Origin: Alphaproteobacteria bacterium
GTDB lineage: Bacteria; Pseudomonadota; Alphaproteobacteria; MPNO01; UBA830
Length of the DNA stretch: 58,650 nt
Assembly (NCBI GenBank): GCA_038106605.1
Contig: JAYOEF010000005.1
Span: 1-58,650, forward strand
Direction: 5' to 3'
Below the pieces are notes generated by a model. The model saw only the letters and a list, made by a program, of their open reading frames with translations, ran no database searches and had not been told where the DNA came from. Each line of letters starts with the position of its first letter. Position 1 is the first letter of the stretch. Made by a program: the position numbers and the translations under genes. Positions 21,235-29,157 of this stretch are shown one piece after another.

Positions 21235-21420
21235 TCAGCCGCCGCCGTCGGCTTCGAGGTAGGCGTCGCGTTTCGTCCATTTGGTCTCTGTGTCGCAGGC
21301 GGCGCAGCGCACCGTTGCGCCCTGGATTTCGACCCACTCGAACATGAACCACTGTTCGACGCCGAGGCCGGTATAGACCGCCCGGTCGCAGTTCGAGCAG
21401 CGAACGAGTACGCGTGGCAT
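21235..21420 (-). CDS. Small zinc-ribbon-like protein (61 aa)
   Basis: CSNC...CAAC pairs; GGAGG RBS. Confidence 0.7.
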   Translation of the reverse strand: MPRVLVRCSNCDRAVYTGLGVEQWFMFEWVEIQGATVRCAACDTETKWTKRDAYLEADGGG

Positions 21421-21561
21421 GGCAAACCTCCACGGTCCGTTGGGGCATAAGTTTCGGCCGTTTCCATCCTACCGGTCAACTGCGCTTGGGCGAGTGTGAA
21501 TGAACCGGCGCCTGTGCTACAGAAGCGCGCAGATACAACGCTAAGACGCTGGGAGGCGCGC

Positions 21562-22722
21562 GTGAAGCCGGGCAACACGGTCCTGTCGAGCTTCGGGACG
21601 ACGATTTTCGAGGTCATGTCGCGTCTGGCGCAGGCCCATGGCGCGGTGAACCTGGGACAGGGCTTCCCGGATGGCAACGGTCCGGACGACGTGGTCGAGG
21701 CCGGCGTCGAGTACCTGCGGAACGGCGTCAACCAGTACCCGTCGATGTACGGCATCCCGGACCTCCGCCAGGCCGTCGCGGAGCATGCGAAGCGTTTCTA
21801 CGGTCTCGACGTCGACTGGCAGACGGAGACGATGGTCACGTCGGGCGGCACCGAGGCGCTCGGCGCCGCGCTCCTCGGCCTGATCGAGCCGGGCGACGAG
21901 GTGATCCTGATCGAGCCGCTCTACGATTCCTATCTGCCGATCGTGCAGCGGGGCGGCGGCATCGCGAAGTTCGTCCGCCTGCAGCCGCCGCTCTGGGAGC
22001 TGCCGCGCGCGGAACTCGAAGCGGCGTTCTCCGACAAGACCAAGCTCATCCTCGTCAACACGCCGATGAACCCGTGCGCCAAGGTGTTCAGCCGCGACGA
22101 GCTCGAGTTCATCGCGAAGCTCTGCATCAGGCACGATGCCTATGCGGTGTGCGACGAGGTCTACGAGCATCTCGCCTACGACGGCGTGCCGCACGTGCCG
22201 ATGATCACGCTGCCCGGCATGCGCGACCGCACGGTGCGTATCCAGTCGGCGGGCAAGATCTTCTCGCTCACCGGCTGGAAGATCGGGATGATCACGGCGG
22301 CGCCCGAGGTGCTGCTCCCCGTCGCCAAGGCGCACCAGTACCTGACCTTCACCACGCCCCCCAACCTGCAGGCCGCGGTGGCCTACGGGCTCCGCAAGGA
22401 CGACGCCTATTTCGAGGGGCTGACCGCCGGCATGCAGGCGAGGCGCGACCATCTCGCCCGGGGCCTGAAGGAGGTCGGCTTCGAGGTCATCCCTTGCCAG
22501 GGCACGTACTTCATCACCACCGACTTCCGCCCCCTCGGCTACAACGGCGGGGACACGGAGTTCTGCAAGTACCTGACCACCGAGGCGGGCGTCGCCGCGG
22601 TGCCGGTCAGCGCCTTCTACACCGGCGGCGGGGTAAGCCATTTCGCCCGGTTTTCCTTCTGCAAGAAGGCGGAAACCATCGACGAGGCGATACGCCGTCT
22701 GAAGGCCCATTTCGGCCGCTGA
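21562..22722 (+). CDS. PLP-dependent class I/II aminotransferase (YbdL/kynurenine aminotransferase-like)
   Basis: TTIFEVMS, NLGQGFPD, NTPMNP, DEVY, SAGKIFSLTGWKIG; GGGAGG RBS + GTG. Confidence 0.92.
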   Translation: MKPGNTVLSSFGTTIFEVMSRLAQAHGAVNLGQGFPDGNGPDDVVEAGVEYLRNGVNQYPSMYGIPDLRQAVAEHAKRFYGLDVDWQTETMVTSGGTEALGAALLGLIEPGDEVILIEPLYDSYLPIVQRGGGIAKFVRLQPPLWELPRAELEAAFSDKTKLILVNTPMNPCAKVFSRDELEFIAKLCIRHDAYAVCDEVYEHLAYDGVPHVPMITLPGMRDRTVRIQSAGKIFSLTGWKIGMITAAPEVLLPVAKAHQYLTFTTPPNLQAAVAYGLRKDDAYFEGLTAGMQARRDHLARGLKEVGFEVIPCQGTYFITTDFRPLGYNGGDTEFCKYLTTEAGVAAVPVSAFYTGGGVSHFARFSFCKKAETIDEAIRRLKAHFGR

Positions 22723-22785
22723 ACCGCGTTCGATCCGCTTGACGCCATGCGGTGCGGGGGCTACTTACTGCGCCTCCGATCCGGT

Positions 22786-22863
22786 GGTGGCTGTAGCTCA
22801 GTTGGTTAGAGCACCTGGTTGTGGTCCAGGGGGTCGTGGGTTCGAATCCCATCAGCCACCCCA
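22786..22863 (+). tRNA. tRNA-His(GUG) with encoded G-1, C73 and CCA
   Basis: Acceptor GTGGCTG/CAGCCAC, D arm GCTC..GAGC, anticodon stem CCTGG-ttGTGgt-CCAGG, T loop GTTCGAATC; TTGACG -35 at 22739. Confidence 0.97.
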
Positions 22864-22901
22864 TTCGGTAAAATCCCCGCCAGACACCTGAAAGACGTCC
22901 T

Positions 22902-22923
22902 GACCGCCGCATGGCGGTCTTTT
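22902..22923 (+). terminator. Intrinsic terminator after tRNA-His
   Basis: GACCGCC-gcat-GGCGGTC-TTTT. Confidence 0.75.
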
Positions 22924-23045
22924 GATATCGCATTGGATTTCGGGTGCTTTTGCCGCCAATATGAAATCCGGGTGAGCGAACCTCGTTGCACAGGGCCGCA
23001 CCGCCGCCGGAAGGGCGGCGCATGGCCGGAACAGAGATTTCGAGT

Positions 23046-24050
23046 ATGGCGCTGACGTTCGAAGACGACCCCATCGACGATCCCGTGATGACCCGCGAAT
23101 GGCTGGTCGTCGGACGCTCCGAGGACCTCAAGGACGGCGAGGTGATGCCGGCGACGCTGCTCGGCACCGATATCGTGCTGTGGCGCTCCGGCGACAGGGT
23201 GATGGCGTGGCGCGATCTCTGCGTCCATCGCGGGTCCCGGCTGTCGCTCGGCACCGTGAAGGACGGGCGGCTTCTCTGCCCGTACCACGCGTGGGAATAC
23301 GACTGCACCGGCGCCTGCACCCACATTCCGGCGATGCCGAACGTCAAGCCGCCGCCCAAGGCAAAGGCACAGGTATTCAAAGCGAAGGAGGCCTACGGCT
23401 TCATCTGGGCGTGCCTCGGCGAGCCGCGCTGCGATGTGGCGCCGTTCCCGGAATGGGAGATGAACTCGTTCCGGAAGCAGATCGTCGGGCCCTACGTGTT
23501 CCACGCGAGCCCGTTCCGCACCATCGAGAACTTCACCGACATCCCGCATTTCCCGTTCGTCCACCCGATGGTAAACGGCGATCCCGACAAGCCCGACGTG
23601 ATCCCGGACTACGAGGTCTACAGCGACGACGTCGACGGTATCAGCATGAGCCCCGTCGAGGTCTGGCAGCCCTATGCGGATCACCGCGGCGTACCGGCGA
23701 TGGCCGAATACCGCTATTCGATCTTCCGGCCGCTCACCGCCTACTTCAAGAAGGCGACGGGCGAGGGCAACATGTTCTGCATGATGCTGTCTGCGACGCC
23801 GGTGGCGGAGGACGAGACCCTCGTCTGGCTCCTCGTCGCGATCAATTTCGGCGACCAGGTGACCGAGCAGCAGATCATCGACCGGCAGAACACCGTGTTC
23901 GCGCAGGACAAGTGGATCGTCGAGTCCCAGCGTCCCGTGGGCATCCCGCTCGACCTGCAGGACGAGCTCCATGTCCGCGTCGACAAGTTCTCGGTCGCCT
24001 ACCGGCGCTGGCTCAAGGATCTCGGCCTCACTTGGGGCGTGGCGCACTGA
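23046..24050 (+). CDS. Rieske non-heme iron oxygenase, VanA/O- or N-demethylase-like
   Basis: CVH-x16-CPYH Rieske motif, ENFTDIPHFPFVH, QDKWIVESQ; alternative start at 23022. Confidence 0.9.
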   Translation: MALTFEDDPIDDPVMTREWLVVGRSEDLKDGEVMPATLLGTDIVLWRSGDRVMAWRDLCVHRGSRLSLGTVKDGRLLCPYHAWEYDCTGACTHIPAMPNVKPPPKAKAQVFKAKEAYGFIWACLGEPRCDVAPFPEWEMNSFRKQIVGPYVFHASPFRTIENFTDIPHFPFVHPMVNGDPDKPDVIPDYEVYSDDVDGISMSPVEVWQPYADHRGVPAMAEYRYSIFRPLTAYFKKATGEGNMFCMMLSATPVAEDETLVWLLVAINFGDQVTEQQIIDRQNTVFAQDKWIVESQRPVGIPLDLQDELHVRVDKFSVAYRRWLKDLGLTWGVAH

Positions 24051-24131
24051 GGCTGCGTCGCCGTGCGGGTTGAAATGAGGGCGCGGCCGGCCGATATGTG
24101 ATCCGTCAGGGCGACCGAAGGCATCCGTTTC

Positions 24132-24620
24132 GTGGCATCCACCGCCGACACCGCGGCTTCCGACCGCCTGATCCTCCCGCTGCTTCTGATTGCCGCGGCG
24201 GCGCTGGCCGCCGGTATCCTGCTGCCCGTTGTCGAGGTGACCAACCTCGCGATCTTCGCCAGCCGTTTCTCGATCGCCGAGGCGGCGTACCAGCTTCTGA
24301 ACGACGGCCAGTATCTCCTCGGCTTCGTGATCGTCGTCTTTTCGGTGGTCTTTCCGTTCGGCAAGATCGTCTCGGCCGCGTTCGTCTACCTGCGTCTCCG
24401 CCGGACCGGCGCGCGCCCCGGAAAGATACTCGGCTGGCTCGAATTCTTCGGCCGCTGGTCGAGCGCCGACGTGCTCCTCGTCGCCATCGCCATCGTCGTT
24501 GCCAAGTCGAGCGGCATCGCGAACGCGAAGATGGAGGTCGGGCTCTGGTTCTTCGCCGGGTCCATCGTGCTCACGGGCGCGGCGCTGCACCGGCTGCGGC
24601 GTGCCACCGCCGCCGCCTGA
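24132..24620 (+). CDS. Single-domain paraquat-inducible protein A (PqiA)-family membrane protein
   Basis: Four TM segments, FSVVFPFGK, GRWSSADVLLVA, GLWFF. Confidence 0.8.
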   Translation: MASTADTAASDRLILPLLLIAAAALAAGILLPVVEVTNLAIFASRFSIAEAAYQLLNDGQYLLGFVIVVFSVVFPFGKIVSAAFVYLRLRRTGARPGKILGWLEFFGRWSSADVLLVAIAIVVAKSSGIANAKMEVGLWFFAGSIVLTGAALHRLRRATAAA

Positions 24621-24642
24621 CCGCCGCCTGACCGCCGATTGA
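24610..24642 (+). repeat. Triple 11-bp tandem repeat containing the stop codon of the PqiA-like gene
   Basis: CCGCCGCCTGA CCGCCGCCTGA CCGCCGATTGA. Confidence 0.7.
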
Positions 24643-24711
24643 CCCCTCGGTAGCCGTTTCCTAAAGTCGCCCCGGAACGACCCGTGGCAAGACGGGCAGG
24701 GAGGGAACGGC

Positions 24712-25938
24712 ATGACGCCAGATGGCACGAAGGACGGCACGCAGGGTTACTCGGGCGACGGTTCCGGCTACGGGCGCATCGGCGCGCCGGTCGAGGAGAA
24801 CCGCATTCTTCAGCAGACCGCGTTCGGCACGCCGATGGGCGAATTGCTGCGCCGTTACTGGCAGCCGGTGTGCCTGTCGGCCGAGCTCGGCGATCTGCCG
24901 AAGCGCATCCGCATCCTGGGCGAGGACCTCGTCGCCTTCCGCGACGGCAGCGGCCGCGCCGGGCTCCTCTACGCCCACTGCATCCACCGCGGCGCGTCGC
25001 TCGAATACGGCCAGATCGCCGACGGCGGCATCCGCTGCTGCTATCACGGCTGGTACTTCGACACGGAAGGGCGCTGTCTCGATATGCCCGCCGAGCCGCC
25101 CGGCAGCGATTATCCGTCGAAGGTGCGCCAGCCCTGGTACCCGGTGCGGGAGTATCACGGGCTCGTCTTCGCCTACATGGGCCCGCCCGACCGCATGCCG
25201 GCGTTCCCGCGCTACGACATCCTCGACGACCCGGAAGGCGAGCGCATCGCCTACCGCAACGAGACCCGCGGCGAGATCGCGGCGTGCAACTGGCTGCAGC
25301 TCCAGGAGAACGCCATCGATGCGGCGCATCTCTTCATCCTTCACACCTGGCACCACGGGATGCACGAGTTCACGGATGCCTACGGCGCCCGTCCCGAGCT
25401 CGGCTTCACGCGCACCGGCTTCACCGTCCAGTACCATCGCGAGGCCGAGCTGCCTAACGGCAACCGCTTCCTGAGAGTTGGCGAGGTGCTGGTGCCGACG
25501 GCGCGCTCCATCGCCGCGCCGACGGTGACCGGCGACGATCCCGAGAACGAGACCGAGCCCGCGCGCATGGTCGGCTGGTGGGTGCCGGTCGACGACGAGA
25601 ACACCGTAGGCTTCCACATCGAGGTGCGCCCGCCGCTGCCGGATGGAAGACCTCACAAGGCCTACCAGCCCGCCGTGATCCCGGAGCGCTCCTACGAGGA
25701 ACGCCAGCGCCGCCCCGACGACTGGGAGGCGCAGATCGGGCAGGGCGCGATGGCGAGCCACGCGCGCGAGCATCTCGGCACATCGGACATGGGGATCGTC
25801 CATTTCCGGCGGCTGTTGCGCGCGGGCCTCGATGCGATCGCGAAGGGAGAGGATCCGCCGGGCGCGCTGAGAACGGGCGAGACCATGCGAGTCCGCGTCG
25901 GCGCGCGGAATGAGGTGACGCCGCCCGTCGGGGCCTGA
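24712..25938 (+). CDS. Rieske oxygenase alpha subunit, phthalate 4,5-dioxygenase-like
   Basis: GTPMGELLRRYWQP, CIH..CCYHGW, CNWLQLQEN..D..H....H, EHLGTSD.G. Confidence 0.9.
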   Translation: MTPDGTKDGTQGYSGDGSGYGRIGAPVEENRILQQTAFGTPMGELLRRYWQPVCLSAELGDLPKRIRILGEDLVAFRDGSGRAGLLYAHCIHRGASLEYGQIADGGIRCCYHGWYFDTEGRCLDMPAEPPGSDYPSKVRQPWYPVREYHGLVFAYMGPPDRMPAFPRYDILDDPEGERIAYRNETRGEIAACNWLQLQENAIDAAHLFILHTWHHGMHEFTDAYGARPELGFTRTGFTVQYHREAELPNGNRFLRVGEVLVPTARSIAAPTVTGDDPENETEPARMVGWWVPVDDENTVGFHIEVRPPLPDGRPHKAYQPAVIPERSYEERQRRPDDWEAQIGQGAMASHAREHLGTSDMGIVHFRRLLRAGLDAIAKGEDPPGALRTGETMRVRVGARNEVTPPVGA

Positions 25939-25941
25939 GCG

Positions 25942-26886
25942 TCAGATCACGCGGTGGAGCAGGGGTTCGCCGTCCCGGAGGCGGCGGCAGTTCTCGAAGG
26001 CGACGCCGAGGCTGCGCGACAGCGTCTCCGGCGTCAGCCACGCGATGTGCGGCATCAGCACGACGTTCGGGAGATCGAACAGCGGATTGCCGGCGGGCGC
26101 CGGCTCGACCGTCACGACGTCCAGTCCGGCGGCGCGGAGCTTCCCCGATTTCAGCGCGGCGACCAGCGCCGCCTCGTCGACGAGCCCGCCGCGCGCGGTG
26201 TTGACGAGGACGGCGCCCGGCTTCATCGCAGCAATGGCAGATGCGTCGATCAGCCGTTTGGTCTCGGCGATCAGCGGCAGATGGAGCGAGACGATGTCGG
26301 ATTCCTTGAGGAGCTGCGGCAGCGTCCGCCACTCGGCCTCGGCATCGTCCTTCTTCGACGTCGCGGTGTAGATCACCTGCGCGCCCATCGCCTTCAGGAT
26401 GGGGGCGAGGATGCGCGCGACCTCGCCATAGCCGACGAGGCCGACCGTGCGGCCCGCCACCTCGCCGAGCCCGTCGAAGGCATCAAGCTCGGCCGTCCAG
26501 CCTTCGCCCGCGCGCATCCTGGGATCGAAATAGGAGACGCGTCGGAGCGCCGCGAGCATCAGCGCGAGGGTCATCTCGGCGACCGCGCGCGAATTCGTGC
26601 CCGGCATGTTGGCGACGGCGATCTTCTTCGCCTTCGCGTGTTCGAGATCGATGGTGTTCACGCCGACGCCGATCTTCTGGATCAGGCGGAGCTTCGGCGC
26701 GCCGTCCATTGCCTCTGCCGTCACGCGTTCCAGTACGTGGAGGAGCACGTCGGCATCCTTCATCTCGCGGGCGAAAGTCTCCTTGTCCGCCTCGTCGACC
26801 ACGGCGACCTCGATCCAGCCGGGTTTCGCGGCTTCGATCTGCACCCGGAACCCCGGGCTTGCGCGGTACTGGAGGACGGCTTTCAC
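25942..26886 (-). CDS. D-isomer-specific 2-hydroxyacid dehydrogenase
   Basis: GVGVN.ID, N..AVAE, GYGEVA, NTARG, EP, PHIAW; GTG start 10 bp after the enolase stop. Confidence 0.92.
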   Translation of the reverse strand: MKAVLQYRASPGFRVQIEAAKPGWIEVAVVDEADKETFAREMKDADVLLHVLERVTAEAMDGAPKLRLIQKIGVGVNTIDLEHAKAKKIAVANMPGTNSRAVAEMTLALMLAALRRVSYFDPRMRAGEGWTAELDAFDGLGEVAGRTVGLVGYGEVARILAPILKAMGAQVIYTATSKKDDAEAEWRTLPQLLKESDIVSLHLPLIAETKRLIDASAIAAMKPGAVLVNTARGGLVDEAALVAALKSGKLRAAGLDVVTVEPAPAGNPLFDLPNVVLMPHIAWLTPETLSRSLGVAFENCRRLRDGEPLLHRVI

Positions 26887-26896
26887 GGTGCCGCCT

Positions 26897-28162
26897 TCAG
26901 GTCCCGGCGAGGCGGGCGTCGTTCCCGAGGGCTTCCTCGATGCGGAGCACTTCGTTCCACTTCGCCATGCGCTCCGAGCGCGCGAACGAGCCGACCTTGA
27001 GCTGGCCCGCGTTCCAACCGACCGCAAGGTGGGCGATGGTGACGTCCTCGGTCTCGCCGGAGCGCGCCGAGACGACCGTGCCCCAGCCGGCATTCCTCGC
27101 CGCATCGAGCGCCGCCTTGGTCTCGGTGATCGTGCCCGCCTGGTTCGGCTTGATCAGAGCGGCGTTGCAGATGCCGGCGTCGGCGGCGTTCGCGATGCGC
27201 GTCGAGTTGGTGACGAGGAAGTCGTCGCCGATGATCTGCACCGTCTCGCCGTAGGCCTCGGTGAACGCCTTGAAGGCTTCGGGATCGTCCTCGCCGAGCG
27301 GATCCTCGATGAAGTAGATCGGGTAGCGGTCGATCCAGCGCCCGAGCATTTCGATCATGCCGTCGCCGTCGAGCTCGCGCTTCTCGAGCCCGAGGAGGTA
27401 GCGACCGTTCTCGCCGAACTCGGAGGCGGCGATGTCGAGCGAGATCGCGATGTCCTCGCCGGGCTCCCAACCCGCGTCCTCGATGGCGCGCACCAGCATG
27501 TCGAGCGCTTCCTCGTTGGTCGAGAAGGAGGGCCAGTAGCCGCCCTCGTCGGCGACGCCCGCGAGCTTGCCGGCCTCGCTCATCAGCCGGCGCGCGGAGA
27601 TATAGACCTCGGCCACCATCTCGAGCGCGTCGTCGAAGCTCTCCGCGCCGACCGGGACCGCCATGAAGTCCTGGATGTCGACGCGGCGGCCTGCATGCGC
27701 GCCGCCGCCGAAGATCTGGATCTCCGGCATCGGGATGCGGACGGGTGCGCCGCGTGCGAGGTAGCGCCACAACGGCTGCTTGTGTGCGGACGCAACCGCC
27801 TGGAGCACGGCCATCGATACCGAGATCATGGCGTTGCCGCCGAGGCGGGATTTGGTGTCGGTGTCGTCCTTCTCGATCATGCGGAGGTCCACGTCCTCCT
27901 GGTCGATCGCGTCCATGCCGCGCAGCAGTTCGGCGATTTCGCCGTTGACGTTGTCGAGCGCGTTCTCGACGCCGTAGCCTGCGAGATCGTCGCCGCCGTC
28001 CCGGAGGTCGATCGCCTCGAAGCGGCCGCGCGAGGCGCCGGCGGGCGCGATCGCGCGTCCCGTCGCGCCGCCCGCGAGCGTGACCTCGGCCTCGACGGTA
28101 GGTCGTCCGCGCGAATCCCAGACGCGCCGTCCCATGACGGATGTGATGACGGTGTCGCTCAT
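26897..28162 (-). CDS. Enolase-family protein (divergent phosphopyruvate hydratase paralogue)
   Basis: DSRGRPTVE, GAS, GGGAHA, DEGG, D.AASEF, IEDP, GDD..VTN, LIKPNQ, RSGETED, RSER.AK.N; atypical QDFM and SARS; ATGA overlap with the kinase. Confidence 0.92.
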   Translation of the reverse strand: MSDTVITSVMGRRVWDSRGRPTVEAEVTLAGGATGRAIAPAGASRGRFEAIDLRDGGDDLAGYGVENALDNVNGEIAELLRGMDAIDQEDVDLRMIEKDDTDTKSRLGGNAMISVSMAVLQAVASAHKQPLWRYLARGAPVRIPMPEIQIFGGGAHAGRRVDIQDFMAVPVGAESFDDALEMVAEVYISARRLMSEAGKLAGVADEGGYWPSFSTNEEALDMLVRAIEDAGWEPGEDIAISLDIAASEFGENGRYLLGLEKRELDGDGMIEMLGRWIDRYPIYFIEDPLGEDDPEAFKAFTEAYGETVQIIGDDFLVTNSTRIANAADAGICNAALIKPNQAGTITETKAALDAARNAGWGTVVSARSGETEDVTIAHLAVGWNAGQLKVGSFARSERMAKWNEVLRIEEALGNDARLAGT

Positions 28163-29157
28163 TCGAAAGCCTCTTCCAAGTACACGCGGCAGACGCCCGC
28201 GAGGGTTTCCGGCATTCGCAACAGCGCCGCCCGTGCCGCCCGCCGCACGCGCGCCTTGTCGCCGTCGTCCGTGATGTACTCCACGGGCGACGTCCCGTCG
28301 ATACGCGCAAGCAGGAGGCCGGGAAGAAGTGCCGCCGTGCGGCGTTCGAGCAACAGCCGGTCTTCCCAGCTCGCATGTGCGAAATAGGCGTGCGAGAGAG
28401 CGGCGAAGGCGTCGAGATAGCGGTCGCGCCACTGCGGCCGCCAGACGCACTTGAGGAGGAGGTGGTTGAGGCAGAAGGCGAGGTCGAAAGCGGGATCGCC
28501 GTACCATGCGCATTCGGCGTCGAGGAACACGGGCCCCTTCGGTCCGATCAGGATGTTTTTCGGGCTCACGTCGCCGTGGACGAGCGTGCGCTTGGTCTCC
28601 GCCGTGTTTTTTGCAATTGCACGAAGCCGGTCGCCGAGGTCGGGGTGCGCTTCGGCGGTATCGAGCAGGTAGGGCGCGATGCGGATCGGATGGAAGATGT
28701 GGTCGTTCGCGAACCGCGCCGCGATGTCGGTGTCTCCCGCGGTGCCGGCATGGATACGCCCGAGCGCGTCGCCTACGGCGGCGGCGTCCTCGCTCCGGAT
28801 CCGCCCGTCGCGCAGCTCGGACTTCCAGACCGGATGGTCGTCGGGGTCGAGATATTCCATCGCGAAGAGACCGTCCTCGCGGGATTCCGCGAGGAGCCGG
28901 GGCACGTTCGCGGGGACGATCGCGGCGGCGACCCGCATCCACTCGGCCTCGCAGGCATTGCGCTCGACCGGCGCCTTCCACTCGCGCGCGGTGCGGAGCT
29001 GGGCCAGCGCGCGCTTGACGCAGATCGGCCCGGCGGCGCGCTCGACCTTCCAGATGTCGGACGACACGCCGCCCGTGAGCGGCGTCAGCACCGGCGTCTC
29101 GTCCGGCCCGGCGAGCCCGCGCCGTCGCAGCGCCGCGACGATGTCTGCGTCGCTCAT
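28159..29157 (-). CDS. APH-superfamily small-molecule kinase (methylthioribose-kinase-like)
   Basis: LTGGVSS, VKRAL, HGDVSPKN, LDAEC.WYGDPAFD; ATGA overlap with the AbrB-family gene. Confidence 0.88.
   Translation of the reverse strand: MSDADIVAALRRRGLAGPDETPVLTPLTGGVSSDIWKVERAAGPICVKRALAQLRTAREWKAPVERNACEAEWMRVAAAIVPANVPRLLAESREDGLFAMEYLDPDDHPVWKSELRDGRIRSEDAAAVGDALGRIHAGTAGDTDIAARFANDHIFHPIRIAPYLLDTAEAHPDLGDRLRAIAKNTAETKRTLVHGDVSPKNILIGPKGPVFLDAECAWYGDPAFDLAFCLNHLLLKCVWRPQWRDRYLDAFAALSHAYFAHASWEDRLLLERRTAALLPGLLLARIDGTSPVEYITDDGDKARVRRAARAALLRMPETLAGVCRVYLEEAFE

Noticed and set aside
22786-23100. Prophage or integrative element at tRNA-His
   Set aside because: No integrase, phage gene or duplicated tRNA 3' end was seen; a normal terminator follows the tRNA
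24610-24642. CRISPR-like repeat
   Set aside because: 11-bp contiguous units with no spacers and no cas genes
28159-29157. Aminoglycoside resistance gene
   Set aside because: APH fold, but MtnK-like motifs and a metabolic operon context with no mobile element
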